A stretch of 50,900 nucleotides of DNA, taken from positions 177,090,305 to 177,141,204 of the forward strand of contig NC_068982.1 in the NCBI RefSeq assembly GCF_001194135.2, in the 5' to 3' direction. Shown here in pieces: positions 12,291-25,649 of this stretch; position 1 is the first letter of the stretch, and each line of letters begins with the position of its first letter. The stretch comes from Octopus bimaculoides. Lineage: Eukaryota. A program made the translations under genes and the position numbers. The notes under the pieces are model-generated. The model did no database searches, was not told where the DNA came from, and was given only the letters and a program-made list of their open reading frames with translations.

Positions 12291-12885
12291 TTACATTTTA
12301 ACACCAGGAAAACGACTTTTCCAGCTGATTAACGACACACAACCTGTGTCCGATATATTGTGAGTAAGGGAGCGAATCACTCCCCTCCTGCTTGACAAGA
12401 CCTGTAGATGAAAGATAAAGACTCCGAAACCATGGTGTACTGGTCTTGCCAAGCTGGAGGGGAGTAATTCGCTCCCTTACCATATATCGACTACAGGTAG
12501 TGTGTCGTTAACCAGCTGAAGAAGACGTTTTCCTGGGATTAAAATGTAGTAACACAGTTCTTTATAGAACAGCCATATTATAGTGGCAAAAAAACAACAA
12601 CACGTTACCGTCTAGTATTGTGGCTACTTATATCTCGTTTAGAGATTTTAGAATTAGCTACTTTGCGCATTACGAGATCAGCGGCTGTCTGCTGCTTCTC
12701 TGTTCATATATTATGAGTAGGGACGATTGACTGCCATTTCTATCAGGCAGGTATCCAGTACCGATGAAGGTAAAGACGAAGAAACCATGGTCTCCTGGTT
12801 TTACCAAGCTGGAGGGAAGTGATTTGTTCCCTTACTCACAATAAATCAGTCACAGGTTGTGTGTCGTTAAGCAGCTGGAAAAGAC
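12290..12885 (+). mobile_element. Hammerhead-bearing ~355 nt tandem unit with 5' inverted segment (retrozyme-like / PLE terminal repeat), family 3
   Basis: gaaaccatgg at 12426 and 12781 (period 355) with shared downstream sequence; 12290-12406 is the reverse complement of that downstream arm. Confidence 0.75.
12755..12798 (+). ncRNA. Type I hammerhead, family 3 (degenerate); partial sister copy at 12401-12443
   Basis: CCAGUA CCGAUGA AGGUAAAGACGAA GAAA CCAUGG UC UCCUGG. The sister copy supplies ACUCC-GAAA and UACUGG, giving stem I CCAGUA/UACUGG, palindromic stem III ACCAUGGU and a GUC site. Confidence 0.65.
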
Positions 12886-12925
12886 ACATAGATGCATATA
12901 TACATGCATACACACACACACACAC

Positions 12926-13049
12926 AAGGCCTTGATCGGGTCGACGCTACAGTAGAAGACACTTAACCAAGGTACTACGCAGTGGAACTGAACCCGGAAC
13001 CATGTGGTTGGTAAGCAAGGTACTTACCACACAGCTACTCCTGTGCCTA
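12926..13049 (-). mobile_element. tRNA-derived SINE, 5' portion (octopus OR/OK-like)
   Basis: Minus: aggcacaggagtagctgtgtggtaag...ggttccgggttcagttccactgcgtagtaccttggttaagtgtcttct (A/B boxes, CORE-like ccttgg..aagtg). Homologous to the copy at 44980-45407. Confidence 0.75.
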
Positions 13050-13757
13050 TATATATATANNNNNNNNNNNNNNNNNNNNNNNNNNNNNNNNNNNNNNNNN
13101 NNNNNNNNNNNNNNNNNNNNNNNNNNNNNNNNNNNNNNNNNNNNNNNNNNNNNNNNNNNNNNNNNNNNNNNNNNNNNNNNNNNNNNNNNNNNNNNNNNNN
13201 NNNNNNNNNNNNNNNNNNNNNNNNNNNNNNNNNNNNNNNNNNNNNNNNNNNNNNNNNNNNNNNNNNNNNNNNNNNNNNNNNNNNNNNNNNNNNNNNNNNN
13301 NNNNNNNNNNNNNNNNNNNNNNNNNNNNNNNNNNNNNNNNNNNNNNNATATACACATTCATATATATACATTCTATAAGTTGGGGTATATTTGTACAGCA
13401 AGCCGGTGGACAAATGCAAAAACTATAATTACTCTGGTGCCAGATATGAATAATGTATTTCGATGCACCGCCACTCCCAGGGGACGGTGTATCTACAACC
13501 GGAAAACCACACAGAGGTATTTGCAATTATTATTATACCCATAAAAGCATTCTTCCCCTCTATTTCCCACATGTTTGGACTTAATTTCCAGTTCGTTCTG
13601 CTTTCTTGTTGCTGCAAAGTATGGCAGTATTTACTAATGTCATTTTATAATTTTTATTAAATGTATTACGTCAATTTATCGGTCAAGGGAGGAGTCACGT
13701 ACGCAGCGTTCTTTGACTTGTAGATCATAAGAAATCGATGCGCGCTAAAGGCGTGTT

Positions 13758-13863
13758 TTAGGGGAAGAAACATGTGGTAATTATAAAAACCACGTTTGGA
13801 AGATGCTCCAGAACAGCAGCTTCCAATTTCTGAATCAGTTCAGCAATGCGATTAGTTTTATAA
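13758..13863 (-). CDS. Speculative terminal exon of the CARD-like gene: YKTNRIAELIQKLEAAVLEHLPNVVFIITTCFFP*
   Basis: Acceptor gcatttacag| (phase 2). T....ELIQKL resembles MDA5 CARD2 T...ELVQEL. Stop TAA at 13758-13760; AATAAA on minus at ~13653-13658 (weak evidence in AT-rich DNA). Confidence 0.3.
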
Positions 13864-14332
13864 CTGTAAATGCGTCATACATTTCGACAGTAATCTCCAG
13901 GTTTTTTTTTTTTTTTTTCTTGTCAGGCCTTAGTTTTCACATACAATAACATTAAGGAACAGTGTTTTCTGCTGATAGTTGCCTTGACGCAAGTTGTATA
14001 AGTTGGTTGTGTTTTGAATTGAGTATGAATTTTATACCAGATTTGCGGTGCTCTATATAGCCAACACAGAAAAGAAACTTTCCTAATCAAAATACCGCTC
14101 CCTGTATAAGGTATTTTGATGACATTGTTATTGTTACAAGCTAATAAAGAAAAAGAAAATCTCAAAAATTATTCCATTCTTACGTTTACAATCAGACGTA
14201 GATCTAGTATAAATTCTGGCCCAAACACTACCCTGTCTTAGATGATAACTTGGCAATACAAACCACAAATATAGCATCTCCGTGTATTCAAAAGCACAAA
14301 GAAATATCTGTACGTAGAAAGTGGCCCGATAC

Positions 14333-14384
14333 AGGTCAATTATCTGCGGCCAGATGCTTAGGCAGACTTTTGAATTTTCGTCCA
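14333..14384 (-). CDS. Speculative third exon of the CARD-like gene: (L)DENSKVCLSIWPQIID(L)
   Basis: Acceptor aattgttcag| after a T-rich tract, phase 1 compatible. It puts Trp 17 residues from the G of GVPAL, the same spacing as RIG-I CARD2 (G...ENWPK). The donor ct|gtatcg is weak; an alternative donor c|gtaaga is at 14184. Requires a ~28 kb intron. Confidence 0.3.
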
Positions 14385-14663
14385 CTGAACAATTTTCAAA
14401 TAAAGAAATATTGGGTGCAAAACTAAAATGATAAAATGATAAGAATATTAAAACTTCGACGGCATAGAGTGCTAAATAAGAAGGGAAATAATAAAAACGT
14501 GGAGAAAGAGGAGCAATAAGTACAGCCATAGTACACAAGGTAAAATGCAAAAACAGTTAACTGAGAAATAAAACTACCATAAAAAGAAACATGTGCATAC
14601 TCGCGCCAGGAATAATGTTAGTGAAGCAAATAATTTTGTGGTAGTTTCCTTGAAAGATTAGCA

Positions 14664-15062
14664 TACCAGGTCGTCGTTGTTGGCACTCTCCGTCGCTTAC
14701 GACGTCGAGGGTTCCAGTTGATCAGATCAACGGAAAAGCCTGCTCGTGAAATTAACCTGCAAGTGGCTGAGCACTCCACAGACACGTGTACCCTTAACGT
14801 AGTTCTTGGGGAGATTCAGCGTGACACAGTGTGACAAAGCTGACCCTTTGAATTACAGGCACAACAGAAACAGGAAGTAAGAGTGAGAGAAAGAGGTGGT
14901 GAAAGAGTACAGCAGGGTTCGCCACCATCCCCTACCGGAGCCTCGTGGAGCTTTTAGGTGTTTTCGCTCAATAAACACTCACAACGTCCGGTCTGGGAAT
15001 CGAAACCACGATCCTATGACCACGAGTGCGCTGCCCTAACCACTGGGCCATTGTGCCTCCAC
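14664..15062 (-). mobile_element. tRNA-derived SINE, near full-length
   Basis: Minus head gtggaggcacaatggcccagtggttagggcagcgcactcgtggtcataggatcgtggtttcgattcccagaccgg with clear A and B boxes. Confidence 0.8.
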
Positions 15063-15152
15063 AGAGGCGCGGGTCATACCAGAATAAATTCTCTCATTCA
15101 GCAATCATTGACGCTACAAAATACAAACATATCGTCCATTATAAGAAGAAGA

Positions 15153-15372
15153 AAGGTGCTGAGGTGGCAGAATCGTTAGCACGCCAGACAGAATGCTTAG
15201 AAACATGTCGTCTATCCTTACGTTTCGAGTTCAAATTCCGCTGAATTCGACCTTGTGTTTCATCCCTTTGGGAACGATAAAATTGGTACCAGCTGATTTT
15301 TGAGGTTGATGTAATCGACTATCCCGCTTCCTCCAAATGTTAGGCCTTGTGCCTATTGTAGAAAGGCTATTA
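15153..15372 (+). mobile_element. tRNA-derived SINE (third family)
   Basis: ggtgctgaggtggcagaatcgttagcacgcc...gagttcaaattccgc...tttcatccctttgggaacgataaaattggtaccag. Homologous to the copies at 27.3-27.8 kb and 42.2 kb. Confidence 0.75.
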
Positions 15373-18291
15373 CAAGGACGTGGTATATTGTGGTCACAGA
15401 TTGGATAAATACTGCCACAATAACTTTTAAAGCAAAACACAATACATAACACATTCAACCGAAAATTCATTGCCATAGACAACCAATATAATATTAAAAA
15501 AAAAAAATTAATGTAAACATGAAAACTGCAAAGCTCATTATACCTAACACATGTTACATCTGACATGCAAATAAGGAAATTTCTCCTCGTTAACGATGCA
15601 TTTAGATCAAAGAGAAATCTCAACGCATTATCATGGAGTTCAAGAAATAAGAAGAACATTATTTGACAGGCTCAGAATTTTATGGAGAAATTCGCAAAAA
15701 AAAAAAAAAGAAAAAATGAATAACTAGGGAGGTTTACTAATCACTACATACAAATTAAAAGACAAATCAGAGAGACAGAAAGACAGAGACAGACAGAGAC
15801 AGTACATTATAGAATAAACTAAGAAATCTCCCAAGGTTTAAGCAATGCATTATTTTAACATCATACGTTACTAAATTTTATAGATTATAAAAGAATTCCA
15901 ATAACTGTTTGCGACCAAAGGCTAAGCACGCATACAGCATGCGTTCCATTTTGACCACGATACTATTAAAGACTTGAAATTTTAACACATAGAATGAATT
16001 TAGAACAAAAACGTTTAACAATAACATAAAATAACGAAAAGTATTTAGAATATATTCAACTCAAATACAGCGAGTGTTTAATTTATATACACACACACAC
16101 AAGATGCACATCCATATTAGCACACACACTCACATATATATACTGCCTGTATATACGTATGTTTTTTTATGTAAGCATGTATATACATATATATTATATA
16201 TTACATATCGGTAGATTTGTTTTGTATATATACATATATCTGTCTATATACACGCATATATGACTGTACGTATATGTACATGTACATATATACAAATGTG
16301 TATTTGTTATATTATATCGGGCCGTATATGTAAAAATTTGGAATGTACGCGGGTGTGTGGTGGAAGAGAGGATGCTTTTGATTTTTGTTTTTCTTTGTCG
16401 TTAATGAATAGAAGGAATCAAGAAAAAAGCTGTATTAATGCAACTACTATTCAAGAGTTTAAGGGTTAAAATAGTAAATTAACAGAAAAGTGAGAAAGGA
16501 TCAACTAAATAACATGGAAAAACTTATTACATGATAGAAAAGAGAAGAAGAGAAGAAAGAATGTAGAATCAGCGATATAAAAAAAGAAACGCTAAAAGAA
16601 ACACTCATATTAACTATTGCAATGATCTCATAGTTATTTTCTGCGGAGTAGATTGTACAAAGCTGCATCTAAAACTGCATCAGAAGCTGCATACAAGCAG
16701 TTGCATCAGAACACTGATTGTATAAATGAAAGCTTTCAAAAACTGCATATCTTCTGAGGTGATATAGAGCAACACTGTGCAGCATTGTGCAGCGGCGTTG
16801 GTCTGCGGTACGCTGCAACTTGTGCAGCCTGGTCGAGAACACAGAGCGGTGTAAAAGAAGCTGCAAACTTTCTTTCGGGAGGACAGTTAAAGTATAATGA
16901 AGCAAAATATATATAAAAACAAATAATAACTCACGCAGACAGTTATATCTAGCAACCTATCTACCTATCAAGATCTATCTATCTAAATATCTATCCATCT
17001 ATAACCATCTATCCACCTAACAACGTATAATATTCCCCTGGATTTCTGCTAGTCAACTTGCCTACTTATATATGTACACACCGACACATATATTTTTATT
17101 AATCTATTTAGAATCTCTCATTCACTCTCTTCGTCTCTGTCTCAATCTTTCTCTCTCTTCTCCACACACACAGATACATACATGTGTGTGTATATATATA
17201 TGTATATATATATATATATATANNNNNNNNNNNNNNNNNNNNNNNNNNNNNNNNNNNNNNNNNNNNNNNNNNNNNNNNNNNNNNNNNNNNNNNNNNNNNN
17301 NNNNNNNNNNNNNNNNNNNNNNNNNNNNNNNNNNNNNNNNNNNNNNNNNNNNNNNNNNNNNNNNNNNNNNNNNNNNNNNNNNNNNNNNNNNNNNNNNNNN
17401 NNNNNNNNNNNNNNNNNNNNNNNNNNNNNNNNNNNNNNNNNNNNNNNNNNNNNNNNNNNNNNNNNNNNNNNNNNNNNNNNNNNNNNNNNNNNNNNNNNNN
17501 NNNNNNNNNNNNNNNNNNNNNNNNNNNNNNNNNNNNNNNNNNNNNNNNNNNNNNNNNNNNNNNNNNNNNNNNNNNNNNNNNNNNNNNNNNNNNNNNNNNN
17601 NNNNNNNNNNNNNNNNNNNNNNNNNNNNNNNNNNNNNNNNNNNNNNNNNNNNNNNNNNNNNNNNNNNNNNNNNNNNNNNNNNNNNNNNNNNNNNNNNNNN
17701 NNNNNNNNNNNNNNNNNNNNNNNNNNNNNNNNNNNNNNNNNNNNNNNNNNNNNNNNNNNNNNNNNNNNNNNNNNNNNNNNNNNNNNNNNNNNNNNNNNNN
17801 NNNNNNNNNNNNNNNNNNNNNNNNNNNNNNNNNNNNNNNNNNNNNNNNNNNNNNNNNNNNNNNNNNNNNNNNNNNNNNNNNNNNNNNNNNNNNNNNNNNN
17901 NNNNNNNNNNNNNNNNNNNNNNNNNNNNNNNNNNNNNNNNNNNNNNNNNNNNNNNNNNNNNNNNNNNNNNNNNNNNNNNNNNNNNNNNNNNNNNNNNNNN
18001 NNNNNNNNNNNNNNNNNNNNNNNNNNNNNNNNNNNNNNNNNNNNNNNNNNNNNNNNNNNNNNNNNNNNNNNNNNNNNNNTATATATATATATATATATAT
18101 ATATGTATTTATTTATTTATTTATTTGTGTTATAAAAAAAAAATTTTTTTAAATATATATATACATGCATACATATAAATATATACATATATACATATAT
18201 ATGCTTATATATTAGAGAGATAATTAGACACACATGCACACAAACACAAACACACACAAACACACACAAACACAAACACACACAAACACAA

Positions 18292-18326
<35 letters not shown>

Positions 18327-18599
18327 AATAAGACAGAGAAAGAGAGAGAGGTAGAGACAGACAGAGACAGACAGCAGCAGCTATATTCACACATGTATAT
18401 ATAGTTAGATGTATAGATATATAGATCTGTAGACATGTAGTTATGGTTAATTAAACATGTGTGCCTCCGTGTGTGTGGTGTATGAGTGCGTGTTCGTTTC
18501 AAAGTGGTAGGAAATGGACGATATGGGATGAGTCACACAGACACGTCACAGGGTAACCGATATAATGATAGACAGAAGACCAATAGTGGAGTAATATAT

Positions 18600-18616
18600 A
18601 TACATACACGCACACA

Positions 18617-18677
<61 letters not shown>

Positions 18678-18684
18678 GAGTATG

Positions 18685-18765
<81 letters not shown>

Positions 18766-18865
18766 GTATATATATATATATACACATGCATACATATACA
18801 CATACATGCATTGCATTCATACATACATGCATACATACATACATACATACATACATACATGCATA
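18600..18865. repeat. (CA)n/(TA)n/(TACA)n compound microsatellite
   Basis: Directly visible. Confidence 0.95.
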
Positions 18866-19592
18866 CATCTAGAAGCCTATTTGTATATACATATGTTCAT
18901 ATGTTTGTATAATGTTAGGCTGAATGCCACGCAGATAGGTGGTTAGTTAGAACAGTTAGTAAACCGGGACCTCACTTCTTAAACATTTCTGTTCTCACTA
19001 CTAAGAATGTTTATCAACATCAACTGTTATTAAAATACTGTGTCTCAATTGATTATGCTATCAACAATTCTTATTAATTAATAGTAACGATAATTATACT
19101 AAATTAATTATTTTACTTAATGTAACCTTACAATTACAGAATTATTAATATGTTCTAACAACATCTCGAAGGTGTATTTTATGAGAAACGTAATTGAAGA
19201 ATCATAGATTTAATTTACTATTATTTAAACGAACACGTAAATATTACGCAACATAATATATAATAGGAATATGCAAATGAAATGGTAAATAGTAAACAAA
19301 TAAATCCATCTCACTGCCACTGCATTAGTCGGATACCCCGAAAAGTCGATAAGTCTAGAAGTTTGCATAAGAAAACGTAGTAAAAGGTTTTGCAACAATT
19401 TTTGTAAGATGAAATTTTGTAATATGAAATAATTAGCTTTAACTGCCTAAATATAATCATTGTAGTATTCATTGACTTAAATCACTTGGGTATCATAGTT
19501 TCATAAGTTCTCTTCTAAAACTCAAAACAGCCACCACCCCGCCGACACTCACATACTCTACAGTCTCTGTTCTCTCACCTCTTTCTTTCCTC

Positions 19593-19623
<31 letters not shown>

Positions 19624-19663
19624 TCCTTCTTTCTTTCTTTCTTTCTTTCTTTCNNNNNNNNNN

Positions 19664-19713
<50 letters not shown>

Positions 19714-20751
19714 CTCTCTCTGTTTTACACACAAACGTATATGTATTATATGTATTATATGTATTATATATATATATATATATATGTGAGTTGGATGAGT
19801 ATGAATATGCATCACACAGACACTTATACATAAGCTGAACGGACAGTCGCAACAACACACACAAACACGCACACAAACACACACAAACACACACACACAC
19901 ACACACATATGATTATGCGTGTGTGTTTATACATAGTTATTTTCTTGTTCTTAACTATGATTTTTTTTTTCTATTTAGATCTGCAACATTTTTTTTTGTA
20001 ATTCATATCCTATTCTTCGTTTGTTTTTTTGTTTTTTTTTTAATGTTCGTAAAATAACCTCACTTATGATTCGATAAACAATTTCGAAATATTCCCTGCA
20101 CAATAATTTCATAACTTCTATAATATCAGACAACAGCCGCCACCCCCACCCCCACTCCCAAAAAATGAAGAGAACAGACAAAAAATAAATATGTATGCAA
20201 AAGTAACGCATGACCCACACATACACAATGACTCCCAACCTTCATCTCACTCTCTCACCTTCTCTCTCTTTCTCTCTCCACCCTCCCTCTATCTCTCTCT
20301 CTCTCTCTCTCTCCCACACACACTCACAGAAATGCTCTCAAACATATAAGCACATACATACGCATATTCACTCACACTCACACACACACTAATATACGCA
20401 AGCGAAACAAACCAGCTGACATCGAGGACAAGCTGCCATCGCATCGACTCAAAATTTCCACGTATTGTACAGACAGGCCTCCATCCACTGTGTTATACTG
20501 TAAGTATTACTTTTACTCATTGTTTTATATACCAAGTGGTTTTTGTTGTTCTTTTTTAATTGCTGTCAAAATTTTCATTCTTCTTTTATACTAATTGATA
20601 ACCTTTTTGCGTTACTTAGAAAAATAAGTTTACGAATGGAGAACTCAATATTATACATTGAGTAATATATTTATAAAATGTCAGTTCACTTAATAACCCA
20701 TTACTCAGGGCTCCATACCTGAAAGCAATGTTCAGATGAGCTTCCGTGTGC

Positions 20752-20801
<50 letters not shown>

Positions 20802-22033
20802 NNNNNNNNNNNNNNNNNNNNNNNNNNNNNNNNNNNNNNNNNNNNNNNNNNNNNNNNNNNNNNNNNNNNNNNNNNNNNNNNNNNNNNNNNNNNNNNNNNN
20901 NNNNNNNNNNNNNNNNNNNNNNNNNNNNNNNNNNNNNNNNNNNNNNNNNNNNNNNNNNNNNNNNNNNNNNNNNNNNNNNNNNNNNNNNNNNNNNNNNNNN
21001 NNNNNNNNNNNNNNNNNNNNNNNNNNNNNNNNNNNNNNNNNNNNNNNNNNNNNNNNNNNNNNNNNNNNNNNNNNNNNNNNNNNNNNNNNNNNNNNNNNNN
21101 NNNNNNNNNNNNNNNNNNNNNNNNNNNNNNNNNNNNNNNNNNNNNNNNNNNNNNNNNNNNNNNNNNNNNNNNNNNNNNNNNNNNNNNNNNNNNNNNNNNN
21201 NNNNNNNNNNNNNNNNNNNNNNNNNNNNNNNNNNNNNNNNNNNNNNNNNNNNNNNNNNNNNNNNNNNNNNNNNNNNNNNNNNNNNNNNNNNNNNNNNNNN
21301 NNNNNNNNNNNNNNNNNNNNNNNNNNNNNNNNNNNNNNNNNNNNNNNNNNNNNNNNNNNNNNNNNNNNNNNNNNNNNNNNNNNNNNNNNNNNNNNNNNNN
21401 NNNNNNNNNNNNNNNNNNNNNNNNNNNNNNNNNNNNNNNNNNNNNNNNNNNNNNNNNNNNNNNNNNNNNNNNNNNNNNNNNNNNNNNNNNNNNNNNNNNN
21501 NNNNNNNNNNNNNNNNNNNNNNNNNNNNNNNNNNNNNNNNNNNNNNNNNNNNNNNNNNNNNNNNNNNNNNNNNNNNNNNNNNNNNNNNNNNNNNNNNNNN
21601 NNNNNNNNNNNNNNNNNNNNNNNNNNNNNNNNNNNNNNNNNNNNNNNNNNNNNNNNNNNNNNNNNNNNTATATATCTGTGTGTGTGTGTGTGCGTGTGTC
21701 CTTATAACATGTATAGGAAAATAAAGTGTGAGAAAGTGTGTACATGTGTAGGTGTGTATGTGTGTATGTGTGCCTGTCAGCTATGTGTATGTGTACGTTT
21801 TTATTTAAGATATGTAGAAATTCCATCTAAATTCCATCCAAACCACGGTAGCGTTGAATACACGGATGAAAGAACTCAGATATCTGATCCCTGTTTACTT
21901 CAAACTTGAATCAAATTATATCAAACTCTGCACACAAATTTATGCTGAGCGCATAACATTGATGTACAATAAAAAAAAAAGAAGTATAACATACACTCGC
22001 AAAATCCCACGCACTTACAGTCACAGACTGAAT

Positions 22034-22072
<39 letters not shown>

Positions 22073-22093
22073 CATACATACATACATACATAC

Positions 22094-22124
<31 letters not shown>

Positions 22125-22642
22125 NNNNNNNNNNNNNNNNNNNNNNNNNNNNNNNNNNNNNNNNNNNNNNNNNNNNNNNNNNNNNNNNNNNNNNNNNNNN
22201 NNNNNNNNNNNNNNNNNNNNNNNNNNNNNNNNNNNNNNNNNNNNNNNNNNNNNNNNNNNNNNNNNNNNNNNNNNNNNNNNNNNNNNNNNNNNNNNNNNNN
22301 NNNNNNNNNNNNNNNNNNNNNNNNNNNNNNNNNNNNNNNNNNNNNNNNNNNNNNNNNNNNNNNNNNNNNNNNNNNNNNNNNNNNNNNNNNNNNNNNNNNN
22401 NNNNNNNNNNNNNNNNNNNNNNNNNNNNNNNNNNNNNNNNNNNNNNNNNNNNNNNNNNNNNNNNNNNNNNNNNNNNNNNNNNNNNNNNNNNNNNNNNNNN
22501 NNNNNNNNNNNNNNNNNNNNNNNNNNNNNNNNNNNNNNNNNNNNNNNNNNNNNNNNNNNNNNNNNNNNNNNNNNNNNNNNNNNNNNNNNNNNNNNNNNNN
22601 NNNNNNNNNNNNNNNNNNNNNNNNNNNNNNNNNNNNNNNNNN

Positions 22643-22709
<67 letters not shown>

Positions 22710-22879
22710 TATTCACACACACGCACACATAAACATATGTTGTGTGTGAGACTGATAAATCTGCACAACTGTTTTATCTCATTTATTTGCATTGAACACT
22801 TAGAAGACTTTTTATATACTTTGTGTGCATGTGTTAATGTACATATATATATAAACAGATAGATGGATCCATTTAGTTA

Positions 22880-23041
22880 GTCAGACAGACAGACAAACTG
22901 GCAAGCAGACAGACAGGCAGACAAACCGGCAAGCAGACCGACAGACAGATACACAGGCAGATGGATGGATGCATGGATGCATGGATGGATTGATGGTTAG
23001 AAGGCAGGCAGACAGAGAGACAGATAGACATTCAGACATAC

Positions 23042-23097
<56 letters not shown>
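22880..23097. repeat. (GACA)n/(GATG)n/(GATA)n compound tetranucleotide array
   Basis: Directly visible. Confidence 0.9.
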
Positions 23098-25649
23098 GTT
23101 GGCAAGAGGTAGCAAAACACGAAACTATACTAAGCAAAACTCTTAAATATAAATTTTTAAATTCAAAGAAATTCGTTATTAAATTATACTACTTTCTCAA
23201 ACTTTATATTGGAAACCCATGTTTAGTCTATTCTCGTTTATTTAAGCCAGCATATCCACTTTGCTGTATAACTATTCACCATTAATTGACAATAAAATAG
23301 TCATGTTTAAAGCATAATGGGACGTTCATGAAAATGTGTATAATCCATTTTTCAGCTGACATTTAAAAAATTGGTATTTTATCGTAATAACTCATATGGA
23401 TTACGAACAACGTACCACACAAAAGCGAAGATATTTCATTATCATCATTGCTAATTTCAAATCACAGCAATGACTGATAGCATAATGCCTTAAATATGAA
23501 AAAAATTCGAAACGACCAACTATTTCCATCTTTATAGTTCTGCTTCCTATGATCAAACTTTTTAAGCACGACGTCATTCTAGCTCTGTTGCATCAGTAAA
23601 GATGGAGGAGGTCATCAATAACACATGAAAAAGAAATCTGCCATCTCAACAACTGCAAAAACACGAAATTAGGAAATTGAATTAAACATCTATGCATCGC
23701 ACGGCCTACAAGATAGATGTCTGAATGCCAAACTGACAGTCGACTCAAGCACAAAGGTGCATACAGAATTTCCATACTTGTGCAAATCTGCTAGATGTAC
23801 AATTACTCTATAGGCCACTGTCTTTCAGGCAAAACCATCACCGTATCTGTTTATACAAGAAGAAAAAAAGAATTCATCGGGAACATCTTACCAGTTGTTT
23901 CACCGGCATATCTAACTGTCTGTAACCAAGCAAATATTCTCGATCTCGGAATTCTGATCTATAAAGATACACAGTTGTATCTTAATCCAAATCATAACAA
24001 TTCCAGTAATCCTCATTTATAGCTATATTCCTAAAGCAATTGAAACAGTTACAAATGTTCACCAACTTCTCACATCAATAAATATCACACTGCTACTTCC
24101 TCAATACTGTTATAGTTCCCACGGATCTCCCAGGAATTGCACTCCAAATTCACAAACGGTAATGCGTCTTCTTCAAATGTTCAGTGGCAGCATTGATTTT
24201 GTCCATTTGCAAAGCCTTCTAATCTAGCCGCCACTTATATTTAACATATTGGAATTGAAGTTTTTATGTCAGGGCGCTCTATTTTAGCGCACACTAGGTT
24301 ATCTCCATTTCTGATATACAATCAGTTATTTCAAATGTTCCCGAGGTTTCATTAGGTCTTGCGAACTCTTCATGTATATTAATCATCAGTTTGCGGTTTA
24401 TATTATTATATGCATATTATAGCAAATTATATGCAAACAATACCATTTGATTTTAAATACGTTCATGAAACAATACAACGAAAACATATTTCAATAGGGA
24501 TTGGGTAACCTAGTATTTTCCAGATTAATATACATATCAATCAGTTAATAACGTTTACAAACCAAGGTGAGAAAACCATAAAAGAATTGATCATATATTC
24601 CGGCTGTTTTTGTTGCATAGTACGAATACGCTCAAAATCAAGTTCAAGAGAGGTAATTTCCGACCATTACAAAGAATCACTAATCGCCAGTCAGTAACTA
24701 TCGGTTTATTCACTCTTTCATCTTTCTTCCTCTTATACTGATACTTCAACTACTTCTAATCCTCAGAATTCTAAATCTAGGGTAAATTTCTGCTTTTATG
24801 TTTATTGGCCTCAGCTCGAGTGAACACTTGTGATGCGACTGACCTATTGCACTGCAGAGCACTGAACAAGTTGCTTTTCCATTCCTTGTCACAGCTATAT
24901 CACTTATGATACTGGTCATTTCTCAACAAACAGATATGAAGCATTAACCACGTAAGTTCTATCAGTATAGAGCAATCTACACGTGCACTAATAAATGCTG
25001 TCTTTCCTGGATCATTAATTTCAGAAGACGAATCAGGATTACTGTAAGATTACCAGTTTGTTTCCAGTTACAACGGTGCTCTGAATTCAGTGTGTACGAA
25101 CAAACATTGTTTTTCAAGTGACATTGTTTTAGTGAAAGCATTAAAATGGTTGACAACAGAAAGAGATTTTCGCATCAGTTTATTATTTTAAGTCTAGAAC
25201 ATTTTTGGTTTTGAACACTGGCTTACGATATGCCTTGGAAAGTTCACTTCTCTCTCACAAGAATACAAGTCTTTAAAAATACTTGTATCCCTCACCGAAT
25301 TACAATCCAACCAATTTATATATGATCAAACTATTTTGAAAGATTTATGACATAATATTGAATCTTTACAATCTAAACCGGTATAGATATCAATATCGCA
25401 GAATCCACTTAACTTAGCAGAGTTGAGTCAAAAGTTTTTCGTATATCAAGCTTTAATTAATAGTACAAACAAATTACTTGCGAAAAGCATTAATTCATCA
25501 AAATATACCCCCATCATATTATATTGTCTATTGCCATCCTTATACCAGAAGTTCAATTCTATGTTTATAAATTTCGGTTGGTTTAAAGACAAATACGCCC
25601 TGCACATGTTTTCAACTCCATCCACTTTGTCGAACCTCCGTCCGAACAA

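Noticed and set aside
14134-14550. 138-aa hydrophobic minus ORF as a GPCR or chemoreceptor
   Set aside because: The N-terminal half is a T-rich intron-like tract; no receptor motifs; at most part of it is an exon.
24780-25060. Minus-frame CLLRND...*YSCDKEWKSNLFSAL resembling a CARD C-terminus
   Set aside because: Contains an in-frame TGA and the available acceptor is phase 2, incompatible with the phase-1 donor at 42638.
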